Virus record (IMG/VR): IMGVR_UViG_3300025383_000009
Direction: 5' to 3' (one strand)
DNA from: a virus
Taxonomy: Duplodnaviria > Caudoviricetes
DNA length: 64,000 nucleotides
Part shown: positions 29,862-40,329 of the stretch, in pieces
Position numbering within the stretch: position 1 is the stretch's first letter
Layout of the letters: each line of letters begins with the position of its first letter
Translations under genes and position numbers: made by a program
The notes under the pieces: model-generated
Told to the model about the DNA's origin: nothing
Databases searched by the model: none
What the model saw: only the letters and a program-made list of their open reading frames with translations

Positions 29862-30931
29862 TGAAAATAGCAATTATAACAGACCAACATTTTGGTGCTA
29901 GAAACGATTCAACACAATTTCTAGATTTTTACGAGAAGTTTTATCGTGATACATTCTTTCCAAAATTAGTTGAAAATAATATCACAACACTCCTTATCCT
30001 TGGAGATACTTTTGATAGAAGAAAGTATGTGAATTTCAATACACTCAAACGAACTAAAGAAATGTTCTTTGATAAATTGGTTGAATTGAATATCAAAATC
30101 CATATGATTGCAGGTAATCATGATACTTATTTCAAAAATACCAATGATGTTAATTCTGTTGATTTATTATTAGCAGAATATAACAACATTGAAATTCTTG
30201 ATACACCAACTGACATATATCTTGATGAAACTGCAATCTGCATGATACCATGGATAGCACCAGATAATTATGCTCAAGCTATGCAACATATTCAAGAATC
30301 TGATGCTATTGTTTGTATGGGACATTTTGAGATTGCTGGGTTTGCTATGCAACGAGGTTTTCCAAGTCAAGAAGGTTTAGATAGAAATATATTCAAACGA
30401 TTTGATATGGTATTCTCTGGTCATTATCATCACAGGCATCATCAAGATAATATTTACTATCTTGGTAATCCATACGAATTAACATGGGGTGACTATGATG
30501 ACACTCGTGGTTTCCATTTATTTGATACAGAAAAACTTGAACTTGAATTTGTTGCTAATCCAAATACAATGTTCCACAAGTTACCTTATAACGATAAAGA
30601 AAACTCCATTACAGAAATCAATAATATGGATTTAAGTAAGTATACCAACACATATGTTAAAGTTGTTGTTATCAATAAAACTAATCCATTCTTGTTTGAC
30701 AAGTTTATGGCAAATCTATATTCAGTTAATCCTGCTGATGTTACCGTGGCAGAAGATTTTACAGACTTGACAGAAGGCGTGGAAGATGATATGGTGGACC
30801 AGGCTGAAGACACAATGTCAATTATTGAAAAGTTTGTGGATGGAATTAAAGAAGAAAATATTGATAACATTAGACTTAAAACTGTGATGCGTAACCTTTA
30901 CGTTGAAGCACTTAATATAGAGAACGAATGA
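29861..30931 (+). CDS. gp47: Recombination endonuclease gp47 (Mre11/SbcD-like)
   Basis: TDQHFG, LGDTFDRR, GNHD and SGHYH motifs. Confidence 0.95.
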   Translation: MKIAIITDQHFGARNDSTQFLDFYEKFYRDTFFPKLVENNITTLLILGDTFDRRKYVNFNTLKRTKEMFFDKLVELNIKIHMIAGNHDTYFKNTNDVNSVDLLLAEYNNIEILDTPTDIYLDETAICMIPWIAPDNYAQAMQHIQESDAIVCMGHFEIAGFAMQRGFPSQEGLDRNIFKRFDMVFSGHYHHRHHQDNIYYLGNPYELTWGDYDDTRGFHLFDTEKLELEFVANPNTMFHKLPYNDKENSITEINNMDLSKYTNTYVKVVVINKTNPFLFDKFMANLYSVNPADVTVAEDFTDLTEGVEDDMVDQAEDTMSIIEKFVDGIKEENIDNIRLKTVMRNLYVEALNIENE

Positions 30932-32643
30932 TTATATTTCAAAAATTACGATGGAAGAATATTCTTTCCACACCTAACGTCTTTACTGAAATTAATTTAG
31001 TAAGGTCACCTAATACTCTAATCATAGGCAAAAATGGTGCAGGTAAATCCACTATTCTTGATGCGCTATGTTTTGGTTTATTTGGTAAACCATTTCGTAA
31101 AATACCTAAAGCATCTTTACTTAATTCTATCAATCAAGCAGAAGGCATTGTTGAAGTAGAATTTTCTATTGGCCAAAAACAATATAAAGTTATTCGTGGT
31201 ATTAAACCTAATACATTTGAAGTTTATCTTAACGGCAAGTTAGTAGACCAAGATGCTAAATCAGTAGACTATCAAGAGCAATTAGAAAAGCATATTCTTA
31301 AACTCAATTATAAATCATTCACACAAGTGGTTATATTGGGTTCTGCTTCATTTGTTCCGTTCATGCAATTATCACCAGGTGATAGAAGAGCAATCATTGA
31401 AGACTTATTAGATATTCAAATATTCTCAACAATGAATTCTGTTGTTAAAGATAAGATGTCCATTATTAAAGATAGTTATACCAAAAACAAATATGATATG
31501 GACTTAACTGCTGAAAAAATTAAACTTCAGAAAGAGGCCATTGAAGAGCATAAGAAACACAATGATTCAGAAATAGAAAAAAAGAAAAACGAAATAGAAA
31601 CATCAGAGCAACAAATAGCACAATTACTTGAAGACTGTGTTTTAGTCCAAAAGCACATTGATGTATTACAAAGTAAGATTAATGATAAACTTAGCATTGA
31701 AACGAAATCTAGAAAACTTCTACAACTTGAAGCTAAATTAGAATCTAATGTTAAAAAAATTGAAAAGGATATAACATTTTATGAAGAAAACGACAACTGC
31801 CCAACCTGTAAACAGAATATCGAGGAGTCTTTTAGAACAGAGCAAGTTGATACTCGAAGGACAAAACTTGGTGAAATCACAACAGGACTCCAAGGACTCG
31901 CATCCCAAATTGAATCAGCTAATAGAAGAATTATTGAAATCCAAGGAATAATTAAACATATTCAAGAACACAATAATGAGATTGTTAAACACAACTCTAC
32001 AATATCTGCTGTTCAAACATATATTAGTAAATTACAAACAGAAATACAAGACCTAACATCTCATAAAGATAACCTTGAAGATGAGAATGCTAAATTAAAA
32101 GAACTTAAAGAAGCTCTTGCTGAATTGATTGCAAAACAGGAAGAATTATCTGTTGAAAAACAATATCTAGAAATTGCTTCATCATTATTAAAAGATACAG
32201 GTATCAAAACAAAGATTATTCGCCAATACTTACCTATCATGAATAAATTGATTAATAAGTATTTGGCTGCAATGGATTTCTTCGTGAATTTTAATATCAA
32301 TGAGAATTTTGAAGAAACAATTAAATCTAGACACCGAGATGAATTTAGTTATGCTAATTTTTCAGAAGGCGAAAAGATGAGAATTGATTTGGCACTATTA
32401 TTTACATGGCGCCAAATTGCTAAACTAAAGAATTCTACAAATACCAATCTATTAATATTAGACGAAGTGTTTGATTCTTCTTTAGACGGTGTAGGTACGG
32501 AAGAGTTTTTAAAACTAATACACGATATGCGAACTGATACGAATGTATTTGTCATCTCTCACAAAGGTGACCAATTGTTTGATAAGTTCCGTTCAATAAT
32601 CAAATTTGAGAAAATTAATAACTTTAGTCAGGTGGCAAAATGA
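30928..32643 (+). CDS. gp46: Recombination ATPase gp46 (Rad50/SbcC-like)
   Basis: GKNGAGKS, CPTC zinc hook, FSEGEK and ILDEVFD motifs. Confidence 0.96.
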   Translation: MIIFQKLRWKNILSTPNVFTEINLVRSPNTLIIGKNGAGKSTILDALCFGLFGKPFRKIPKASLLNSINQAEGIVEVEFSIGQKQYKVIRGIKPNTFEVYLNGKLVDQDAKSVDYQEQLEKHILKLNYKSFTQVVILGSASFVPFMQLSPGDRRAIIEDLLDIQIFSTMNSVVKDKMSIIKDSYTKNKYDMDLTAEKIKLQKEAIEEHKKHNDSEIEKKKNEIETSEQQIAQLLEDCVLVQKHIDVLQSKINDKLSIETKSRKLLQLEAKLESNVKKIEKDITFYEENDNCPTCKQNIEESFRTEQVDTRRTKLGEITTGLQGLASQIESANRRIIEIQGIIKHIQEHNNEIVKHNSTISAVQTYISKLQTEIQDLTSHKDNLEDENAKLKELKEALAELIAKQEELSVEKQYLEIASSLLKDTGIKTKIIRQYLPIMNKLINKYLAAMDFFVNFNINENFEETIKSRHRDEFSYANFSEGEKMRIDLALLFTWRQIAKLKNSTNTNLLILDEVFDSSLDGVGTEEFLKLIHDMRTDTNVFVISHKGDQLFDKFRSIIKFEKINNFSQVAK

Positions 32644-33209
32644 GTGATGAAATAAAATTTAATACGGAAGAATTAGCAAAACCAACCTTAACAAAGGTAC
32701 CAGTTGAAACATTTCAATTGGTTCCTGAAACACATCCCTTACTTAAACAGGTTTTACCAGAGTTTGATTTCTCTAAACCTCCTGTTGATCCAAATAAATT
32801 CGCTTCTACATTGGTAGAAACTTGTAAGGCAAATCACGGTATTGGTTTATCAGCCAATCAATGTGGATTTAATCATAGAGTTTTTGTTATGGGTGCTAAT
32901 GATGATTATGTGGCATTTTATAATCCAAAGATTACCAAATTTGAAGGCGAAGCACATATGATTGAAGGATGCTTATCTTTTCCTTTCTTGGCATTACGAA
33001 TCACTAGACCTGAAACGATTGAGGTTGAATACCAAGATTTCAATGGTGAAAAGAAAACTGCCAAATTTAGTGGATTATCTGCTCGTTGTTTCCAACATGA
33101 ATTGGATCACATGAACGGCCTTGTATACACATCAAAAGCAAAACCACTAGCTTTGAAAATGGGTATGGATAAAAGAAATAAAATTTTGAAGAAAATAGGA
33201 TTAAAATAA
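32640..33209 (+). CDS. def: Peptide deformylase
   Basis: GIGLSANQCG, EGCLS and QHELDH motifs. Confidence 0.93.
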   Translation: MSDEIKFNTEELAKPTLTKVPVETFQLVPETHPLLKQVLPEFDFSKPPVDPNKFASTLVETCKANHGIGLSANQCGFNHRVFVMGANDDYVAFYNPKITKFEGEAHMIEGCLSFPFLALRITRPETIEVEYQDFNGEKKTAKFSGLSARCFQHELDHMNGLVYTSKAKPLALKMGMDKRNKILKKIGLK

Positions 33210-34474
33210 TGGCAACACCAATTGAATTTGTAGAGAAACAATGGTCAGAATGGCAAGAGGCCAATCCTCCATCATCTATTGAACATATTGACGAAGCAGA
33301 GCTCAAAGAAAAACTTATTTCTGATTTGACTTATGCATCTCAAATGGATGTTAAAGAATATACTCTCTATCAAAAATGGTGTGAAGTGAAAGAAAGATAT
33401 CCAACTCAAATGGTGTCTACACTATTTGGTGAAGAACTTCAAATGGTTAATCCAGAACAAGAAAAGATTATTAAAGATGTTAAAACAAACTTTTGGATGC
33501 CAGATAATCCAGATGATTATGAAAAGTTACAACCTATATTAGAATTATCTAATGGAGATTTGGCAGAAAGATGGAATGCTATTAGAACATTCTCATCAAC
33601 AATGAAAAATAATTCAAATATTGGCAGAAATCTATTCTATACAGTAAAAGATGAACCTACTGGCAAATATCTTGGTGTGATTTGTATCTCATCTGACTTT
33701 CTTGATTTGACACCAAGAGATAAAGCAATTGGTTGGTCTAGAGATGTTAAAACACAACAAGGCATGATTAATCATACAGCAATTGGTTCAACAATTGTTC
33801 CATTACAACCGCTTGGTTATAATTACATGGGTGGTAAGTTGCTTGCTTTATTATGTTTAGATGATAGAATTCAGAAAGATTGGAAAGAAAGATATGGTGA
33901 TACTCTTGTGGCAGTTACCACAACATCACTATATGGTAAAGCAAAAGCTGGTGGGTTATCTCAATATGATGGTCTAGAACATTGGAACGCTATGGGATTC
34001 TCATCTGGTTCTGTTGCCTTTGAACCTAAACGCACAACCTCAAAGATGATATATGATTGGATTAAAGAGAATTATCCACGCAAATACTTTGAATGGTGGG
34101 ATGCCAAAAATACTCAAGGTCTTCCACTTAAGCGTGACCATAAGAACCGTTCATTAAACTTTGCTTATCCAAAACTTGGTATACCTAAGCAACTTATTAG
34201 AACAGAGCATCAACGTGGTATTTACTTTGCACCACTCTATAACAATACAAACGAATATTTAAGAAAAGAAATTACTGACGACCAGTTGGTTAAATCATTT
34301 GATACTTCTACTAAAGCACTTACTGATATTTGGAAAACCAAATATGCTAAAGGTAGAATATCAATGCTCAAGAAGAAAGATAAGGTATCTAAAGAATCCT
34401 TATTCTATGATGACTTAATTTACCTCACTTGGGAAGAAACAAAAGAAAAATATCTTGTTCAAGTTGGTAGATAG
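33209..34474 (+). CDS. DUF4338/DruA-like protein
   Basis: YLGVICISSDF, GGKLLALL and TTTSLYG motifs recalled for DUF4338-like proteins; not verified by search. Confidence 0.5.
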   Translation: MATPIEFVEKQWSEWQEANPPSSIEHIDEAELKEKLISDLTYASQMDVKEYTLYQKWCEVKERYPTQMVSTLFGEELQMVNPEQEKIIKDVKTNFWMPDNPDDYEKLQPILELSNGDLAERWNAIRTFSSTMKNNSNIGRNLFYTVKDEPTGKYLGVICISSDFLDLTPRDKAIGWSRDVKTQQGMINHTAIGSTIVPLQPLGYNYMGGKLLALLCLDDRIQKDWKERYGDTLVAVTTTSLYGKAKAGGLSQYDGLEHWNAMGFSSGSVAFEPKRTTSKMIYDWIKENYPRKYFEWWDAKNTQGLPLKRDHKNRSLNFAYPKLGIPKQLIRTEHQRGIYFAPLYNNTNEYLRKEITDDQLVKSFDTSTKALTDIWKTKYAKGRISMLKKKDKVSKESLFYDDLIYLTWEETKEKYLVQVGR

Positions 34475-34552
34475 TAGTAAGGATATTAATTCAGTAGAAT
34501 TAGTATCTGGTAGTATTATTTTAGATGTTCTAATTTAATTAAGGAGAATTAT

Positions 34553-35605
34553 ATGAAAGCACTATTTGATGTGCAAAAATCTTTAGAAATGTGTCCTCCA
34601 AAATATCCAAAAGGAGTTAGCCACATTAAAAGAGTAGTTTTAAAAAGAGGCGTGGATGTTACTTATCCAAAAGATAAAAATCCAAGATTACTTAAAGTGG
34701 TAGTAGAAAGAATTCCAGAATTAAGAGATTCATTTCTTGTTAATGGATTTATTAATACTTGTTCGCCACCTACAGTAAAAGTTGATCCAAATAATAAAAA
34801 TAGATTTATTGGATTATCTGGTTACCATAGAGATGCAGCTGCAGAACAAGCTAAATGGGATACAATGATATATGATGTATTAGAATTTGATTCTCCAAAA
34901 GATGAAAGAATTCATAGAGTAACAACTAATCATCATTTAACGCCAGTTATACCAAATACACTGGATGATATTGTTAAGCAAGTTGTTGAATCTATATCTA
35001 GTAAAGAAATACCTAATGATGATAATGATGTAAAAGAACTTATATCAGTATTAGCAGCAGATAAAACTCCAAATAACCAAAAAACAATTTTTGAGAGAGT
35101 TAGAAGGCAAGTATCTTTTTCTGATACTTTGTTATGTTATCATGCCGGTACAGGTTCAAATTCAACCAAAACATTTGCTGAAAAAAATAATCTCCCATTT
35201 CAAGGAGAAGCAAGATATGGTAAAACAAATAGATTGGGTTATATCACAAGTCAAAAAACTCCAAAAACAACATTATATGAATCTAAAAATTTATATAAAG
35301 ATTATAATGGACAACAAATTGAATATTTTGCTTGGATCTCTAAACCAGAACCTGCTCCTAAATTATACAAACAAAGAAAACAATACAAACAAGCTTTTGA
35401 TAATTTTATCCGACTTGATTGTGAAGCAGAAGTTTTCCGTATGCAAAAACTAGGTTTAAAAGTAAAATTAGAAGATATTATTGCTAGCCATCCAATAAAA
35501 TTTATTGGATTTTTAGCACAAGATATTACACCTGATCCATTCAATAACGGCAAACCAAAAGAAAGTGGTGTTGTTGATATTAATGGAAAAGCGGTAGTAA
35601 TTTAA
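34553..35605 (+). CDS. Protein with ParB/Srx-like N-terminal domain
   Basis: PPTVKV...FIGLSGYHRDAAA matches the ParB-N GxHR motif. Confidence 0.5.
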   Translation: MKALFDVQKSLEMCPPKYPKGVSHIKRVVLKRGVDVTYPKDKNPRLLKVVVERIPELRDSFLVNGFINTCSPPTVKVDPNNKNRFIGLSGYHRDAAAEQAKWDTMIYDVLEFDSPKDERIHRVTTNHHLTPVIPNTLDDIVKQVVESISSKEIPNDDNDVKELISVLAADKTPNNQKTIFERVRRQVSFSDTLLCYHAGTGSNSTKTFAEKNNLPFQGEARYGKTNRLGYITSQKTPKTTLYESKNLYKDYNGQQIEYFAWISKPEPAPKLYKQRKQYKQAFDNFIRLDCEAEVFRMQKLGLKVKLEDIIASHPIKFIGFLAQDITPDPFNNGKPKESGVVDINGKAVVI

Positions 35606-35622
35606 ATATGCCACAAAATGTA

Positions 35623-35652
35623 TTGACTTATGTCATACATATATGATATGAT
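35623..35652 (+). promoter_or_regulatory. Sigma70-type promoter with extended -10
   Basis: TTGACT-18-TATGAT with TG upstream of the -10. Confidence 0.55.
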
Positions 35653-35705
35653 GTTATTTCTCGTTGTGATACGAGGTTTTTTATTAAATTATGAAGGAGT
35701 TATAT

Positions 35706-35972
35706 ATGAAGTTATCAGCAAAAGAAAAAATGTTAGCAGCCTTAAAACAAGAATCTGGCTACAACACATTCACAGTTAAGCAAGCACAACGCCGTTTTGG
35801 TATCAAAAATGTGTCTGCTCGTATTGACGAATTACGTCAAGAAGGTAATGTTATCTACACTAACACAAAGTTAGATGCTAATGGTAACAAAGTAAAATAC
35901 TATCGCTTAGGCACTCCATCTAAAGCACTTGTTCAAGCTGCTTTACGTGCTGGCTATTCTTTCACTGCTTAA
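35706..35972 (+). CDS. Small winged-HTH DNA-binding protein
   Basis: FTVKQAQRRFGIKNVSARIDELRQEG HTH pattern; GGAG RBS before ATG 35706. Confidence 0.7.
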   Translation: MKLSAKEKMLAALKQESGYNTFTVKQAQRRFGIKNVSARIDELRQEGNVIYTNTKLDANGNKVKYYRLGTPSKALVQAALRAGYSFTA

Positions 35973-35991
35973 TCAATAAGCAGATTCAAAG

Positions 35992-36025
35992 AGGAGTTAG
36001 CCGCAATGACTAACTCCTTTTTTTT
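35992..36025 (+). terminator. Rho-independent terminator
   Basis: AGGAGTTAG...CTAACTCCT followed by a T-run. Confidence 0.8.
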
Positions 36026-36042
36026 ATTATTACGGAGAGCAT

Positions 36043-36861
36043 ATGGAAATTTCAATTAAAAAAGAACAGTTACAGACAAAAAGATTATTTGTAGCAACAC
36101 CAATGTATGGTGGCATGAACCATGGTTTATACATGAAGTCATGTTTAGATTTACAAGCTATTTGTATGCAATATGGCATTCAAAGTAAATTCTCATTCCT
36201 ATTCAATGAATCATTAATTACACGAGCAAGAAATTATCTTGTTGATGAGTTTATCCATCGTTCAGATGCTACTCATTTACTATTCATCGACTCTGACATC
36301 AATTTCAATCCACAAGATGTTATTGCTATGTTAGCATTAGATAAAGATGTTATTGGTGGTCCTTATCCTAAAAAGGCAATTAAGTGGCGTTCAGCAGCTA
36401 CAGCACTTAAAAAGAATCCAACTATGAACCCACAAGATTTAGAAAAAGTTGTTGGTGATTTCGTATTCAATCCAGTTAAAGGCACGGCTCAATTTAATGT
36501 ATCAGAACCATTAGATGTATTAGAAATTGGTACAGGTTTCATGATGGTAAAACGAGAAGTGTTTGCTAAAATGGAAAAACAATATCCAGAAATTAGATAT
36601 AAACCAGACCATGTTGGTCAAGCACACTTTGACGGTTCAAGATACATTCACGCTTTCTTTGATACCGTTATCGATACAAAAGATAGTATCACAGGTGGCG
36701 GCTCTGACAGATACCTTTCAGAAGACTATATGTTCTGTCAAATGTGGCGTAAAATGGGTGGACAAATCTACTTATGTCCATGGATGAGAACTGCACACAT
36801 TGGTACCTATCACTTCCACGGTGATATGCCTGCTGTTGCTAATTTTGTTGGAGAAATGTAA
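36043..36861 (+). CDS. GT-A fold glycosyltransferase-like protein
   Basis: VATPMYGG, SLITRARN, LLFIDSD (DxD) and SEDYMFC motifs. Confidence 0.6.
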   Translation: MEISIKKEQLQTKRLFVATPMYGGMNHGLYMKSCLDLQAICMQYGIQSKFSFLFNESLITRARNYLVDEFIHRSDATHLLFIDSDINFNPQDVIAMLALDKDVIGGPYPKKAIKWRSAATALKKNPTMNPQDLEKVVGDFVFNPVKGTAQFNVSEPLDVLEIGTGFMMVKREVFAKMEKQYPEIRYKPDHVGQAHFDGSRYIHAFFDTVIDTKDSITGGGSDRYLSEDYMFCQMWRKMGGQIYLCPWMRTAHIGTYHFHGDMPAVANFVGEM

Positions 36862-36974
36862 TGTCTAATATTGATAAAATTAGAGATTTGTTATCTAAAA
36901 TTGAATACAGACCAATTGAAGCTAACACCTCCAATATCCAACAAATTCAATCATTATACCAAAAACGTAAATGA
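36861..36974 (+). CDS. Small hypothetical protein (37 aa), not in ORF track
   Basis: MSNIDKIRDLLSKIEYRPIEANTSNIQQIQSLYQKRK; fills the gap and overlaps both neighbours (TAATG and ATGA). Confidence 0.45.
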   Translation: MSNIDKIRDLLSKIEYRPIEANTSNIQQIQSLYQKRK

Positions 36975-37639
36975 TTATCGGGTTTGTAGGCTTCATGGGG
37001 TCAGGTAAAGGGACTGCCGGTGAGATTCTAAAAGATATGAACTTTCATCAAGAGAGTTTCGCCAATGGCGTTAAAGATGTCGCCTCCGTCATGTTTGGAT
37101 GGCCTAGGCATCTTTTAGAAGGTGATACTGATGAATCCCGTCAGTTTAGAGAAACACCAGATAAATTTTGGTCTGATAAGATGAGCAGAGATTTTACCCC
37201 TCGTGAAGCACTACAAAAAGTTGGTACTGAAGCAGGTCGTGATACATTCCATAAAGATTTTTGGGTGTTGTCATTAGAGAATAGGATTAAATTTGCTACG
37301 GATTATGTTATTACTGATGTTCGTTTTCCAAATGAAATAGATTGGATACACGAAAAAGGTGGTATTGTAATCGAACTCAAAAGAGGACAAAATCCTATTT
37401 GGTATGAAGATATGGCCAACGATAATGACATGGAATTTAAAATAGAATTAATGAAAAAATTTGGTGTCCATGAATCAGAATGGGCATGGGTAGGAAGTCA
37501 TACCGATGCCACAGTTTGTAACAATGGCACAAAGGCAGAATTACAGGTCAATCTAATCAAAGTATTGACAAGTAAGTTAGGAAGCAGTATAATGAATAAA
37601 CTACTATATCATGGAGAAGAATTATATGAAGTTATCTAA
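36971..37639 (+). CDS. Deoxynucleoside monophosphate kinase (gp1-like)
   Basis: GFMGSGKGT, TPREALQKVGTE, ITDVRFPNE and HESE motifs. Confidence 0.9.
   Translation: MIIGFVGFMGSGKGTAGEILKDMNFHQESFANGVKDVASVMFGWPRHLLEGDTDESRQFRETPDKFWSDKMSRDFTPREALQKVGTEAGRDTFHKDFWVLSLENRIKFATDYVITDVRFPNEIDWIHEKGGIVIELKRGQNPIWYEDMANDNDMEFKIELMKKFGVHESEWAWVGSHTDATVCNNGTKAELQVNLIKVLTSKLGSSIMNKLLYHGEELYEVI
37565..37593 (+). promoter_or_regulatory. Consensus sigma70 promoter inside the dNMP kinase 3' end, driving the gp45 block
   Basis: TTGACA-17-TATAAT, perfect match. Confidence 0.8.
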
Positions 37640-38300
37640 TGAAACATTAAGCGTATTGAAGAATTTCTCTTCAATCAACCAAGGCATTCAGTTTAAGAAA
37701 GGCACTAAACTAACAACAGTTTCAGCAAGTAAGACTGTGTTAGCACAAGCTATTCTTAAAGACGATTTCCCACAAGATTTTTGTATTTACGATTTGAATC
37801 AATTCTTATCAGTCCATTCTTTATTTAAAGATTCAGCTGAACTAGATTTTGACTCAACAAATATCGTATTCAAAAGCGGTAAACGTAAAACAAGTTATCG
37901 TATGACCGCTAAAGAAATGATTGTAACACCACCAGAAAAAGAATTAACTCTTCCATCTGTTGATTGTTCATTCACATTATCATCCGAAGATTTAGATTGG
38001 GCTTTAAAAACAGCATCTGTTTTATCATCACCTCATATCGGAATTAAATCTGACGGAGATAAAATCGAAGTAATTACTTTTGATGCCGCAGACAACTCAG
38101 CACACACAAACGCAATTGAAGTCGGCACAGGTAACGGTAAACAATACAACATTGTATTTAAAACCGAAAATATTAAACTAATACCAGGAAGTTATGATGT
38201 TCAAATTTCTTTCAAAGGTATTGGTCATTTTAAAAACACCAAAGATGATATTCAATATTGGATCGCATTTGAGGCTAAAGAATCTAAATTAGGAGCATAA
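37626..38300 (+). CDS. gp45: Sliding clamp gp45
   Basis: MKLSNETLSVLKNFSSINQ, F.IYDLNQFL and YWIAFE motifs. Confidence 0.95.
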   Translation: MKLSNETLSVLKNFSSINQGIQFKKGTKLTTVSASKTVLAQAILKDDFPQDFCIYDLNQFLSVHSLFKDSAELDFDSTNIVFKSGKRKTSYRMTAKEMIVTPPEKELTLPSVDCSFTLSSEDLDWALKTASVLSSPHIGIKSDGDKIEVITFDAADNSAHTNAIEVGTGNGKQYNIVFKTENIKLIPGSYDVQISFKGIGHFKNTKDDIQYWIAFEAKESKLGA

Positions 38301-38301
38301 T

Positions 38302-38493
38302 ATGTTATTATCATTTACAGAAGCCGATTCAGGCAAACCAATCTCAATTAACCCAGCGCATGTTGTATTAGTATTTACAGCAAAACCTGAAGATAAAGAA
38401 GAACGCACACTTATCAATATGTTGAACGGTAATGTTGCAGTTGCTGAACCATATCTTGATGTTGTTGGCGCTATTCAAGCAGAAATTAAATAA
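38302..38493 (+). CDS. Hypothetical protein
   Basis: 63-aa ORF with AGGAG RBS. Confidence 0.6.
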   Translation: MLLSFTEADSGKPISINPAHVVLVFTAKPEDKEERTLINMLNGNVAVAEPYLDVVGAIQAEIK

Positions 38494-38768
38494 TGGCTAC
38501 AATTCAAACACTATTTGGCACCTTTAATGATGAGCAATTAAAGACACTTAAAGGTGCTGTTGATGAAATGGTTCTTGTCATGCACAAGGCCGACACACTT
38601 AAAGGTGATATGAAAGATATTGTGGATTCTACACATGACCTCTTAAAAGTTCCTAAAAAGATTATTAAGAAAATGGCTAAAGTGCAGTATAAACAATCCT
38701 TTCAAACCGAAGTTGCAGAGTCAAAAGAGTTTGAAGCATTATTTGAAGGCATTTCAGAAGTTAAATAA
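38493..38768 (+). CDS. dsDNA-binding protein (T4 DsbA/GapR-like)
   Basis: KKIIKKMAKVQYKQSF..E.AE..EFEALFE pattern and size. Confidence 0.65.
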   Translation: MATIQTLFGTFNDEQLKTLKGAVDEMVLVMHKADTLKGDMKDIVDSTHDLLKVPKKIIKKMAKVQYKQSFQTEVAESKEFEALFEGISEVK

Positions 38769-39379
38769 TGCAACCAATTATAATAGACAATTTTATTCCT
38801 GAAGTATATCAGGATTCTATTCTTTATCTATTAACTGGTTCAGAATTTGGCTGGACATTAAATGACGATTCAGCTGGTTACGGTGACGAGCCAGCTGATA
38901 AGTATTTTCATGTAAATATTCCAACTAAAGACCATATCCAGTTTAGACACACTTTCGTCAAAGAGAATGAATTAAAAAGTGATTTTTTAAAATATATTGG
39001 CGTATTAGTTGCTGAATTTGAAAATACAATGAAAGCAAGAGTCAAATATACAAAAAGAATCAAATCTAATTTGTTGGTAAGTAATCAAGTTGGTCCATGG
39101 ATACAACCACCTCATGTTGATGGAATGAATTTAAAAGATGGCGTTGTTGATGCTATTGGTAAATATTCACTATTATATTATGTAAATAATTCAGATGGTG
39201 ATACTACACTATATAATGAATACTTTACTGGAGAGTCTGTTGGTGAATTAACCGTTCAACAAAAGATTTTGCCTGTAAAAGGTCGAGCAGTTATATTTGA
39301 TTCTAATCAGATACATTCTGCTAGTTGTCCTAAAGTTAATGATACTCGTATTGTCATTAATTGTATTTTTGAGATTTAA
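38768..39379 (+). CDS. 2OG-Fe(II) oxygenase
   Basis: PHVD...LLYYVNNSDGDT...GRAVIFD...HSA..P...R motifs. Confidence 0.8.
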   Translation: MQPIIIDNFIPEVYQDSILYLLTGSEFGWTLNDDSAGYGDEPADKYFHVNIPTKDHIQFRHTFVKENELKSDFLKYIGVLVAEFENTMKARVKYTKRIKSNLLVSNQVGPWIQPPHVDGMNLKDGVVDAIGKYSLLYYVNNSDGDTTLYNEYFTGESVGELTVQQKILPVKGRAVIFDSNQIHSASCPKVNDTRIVINCIFEI

Positions 39380-39399
39380 TTTTATTATGGGAGTTTTGA

Positions 39400-40329
39400 A
39401 TGCAAGAATTATTATGGGTAGAGAAGTATCGTCCTAAAAAAGTAGAAGATTGTATTTTACCTGATACAATCAAAACTACATTCCAAGAGTTTGTAAATCG
39501 TAAAGAAATACCAAATCTATTACTATCTGGTTCAGCAGGCGTAGGCAAAACTACTATTGCTAAAGCATTGTGTGAAGAAGTTGGTTGTGATTATCTAGTT
39601 ATCAATGGTTCAGATGACAGAGGTATCGCAACGATGCAAACCACAGTCAAGAACTATGCTACTTCAATCAGTCTATCTGGTGGTAGAAAAGTTATCATCC
39701 TAGACGAAGCAGATAATATTACACCAGATGCACAAAAGGCATTAAGAGGCATGATGGAGGCAGTATCTATCAATTGCTCATTCATCTTTACTTGTAATTT
39801 CAAAAACAGAATTATTGATGCTATTCATTCAAGATGTTCAGTTATCGATTTCAAAATCAACGGCTCTAAAGCTAAAATGGCAGCATCTTTCTTTAAGAGA
39901 GTTGAATGGATTCTCGAACAAGAAAATATCACATATGATAAAGAAGTTGTTGCTTCAATTATCACAAAACACTTTCCAGACAATCGTAGAATATTAAATG
40001 AACTTCAAAGATATTCTGTAACAGGCACTATTGATAAAGGCATTCTATCAAACGTATCTGATATTCAAATTGAAGCCCTAGTCAAATCACTTAAAGATAA
40101 AGACTTTTCTGCTTGTCGTAAATGGGTTACAAACAATCTAGACAATGACCCAGCTAAACTGTTCCGTAAGTTATATGATGCATTATTTGAATCACTAAAA
40201 CCAAATGGTATTGCACAGTTGGTAATCATTCTTGCTAGGTATCAATATCAATCTGCTTTTGTTGCTGACCAAGAAATCAATACTATTGCTTGTTTAACAG
40301 AAATTATGGTAGATTGTGAATTTAAATAA
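39400..40329 (+). CDS. gp44: Clamp loader large subunit gp44
   Basis: WVEKYRP, GSAGVGKTT, ILDEAD and SRC motifs. Confidence 0.96.
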   Translation: MQELLWVEKYRPKKVEDCILPDTIKTTFQEFVNRKEIPNLLLSGSAGVGKTTIAKALCEEVGCDYLVINGSDDRGIATMQTTVKNYATSISLSGGRKVIILDEADNITPDAQKALRGMMEAVSINCSFIFTCNFKNRIIDAIHSRCSVIDFKINGSKAKMAASFFKRVEWILEQENITYDKEVVASIITKHFPDNRRILNELQRYSVTGTIDKGILSNVSDIQIEALVKSLKDKDFSACRKWVTNNLDNDPAKLFRKLYDALFESLKPNGIAQLVIILARYQYQSAFVADQEINTIACLTEIMVDCEFK

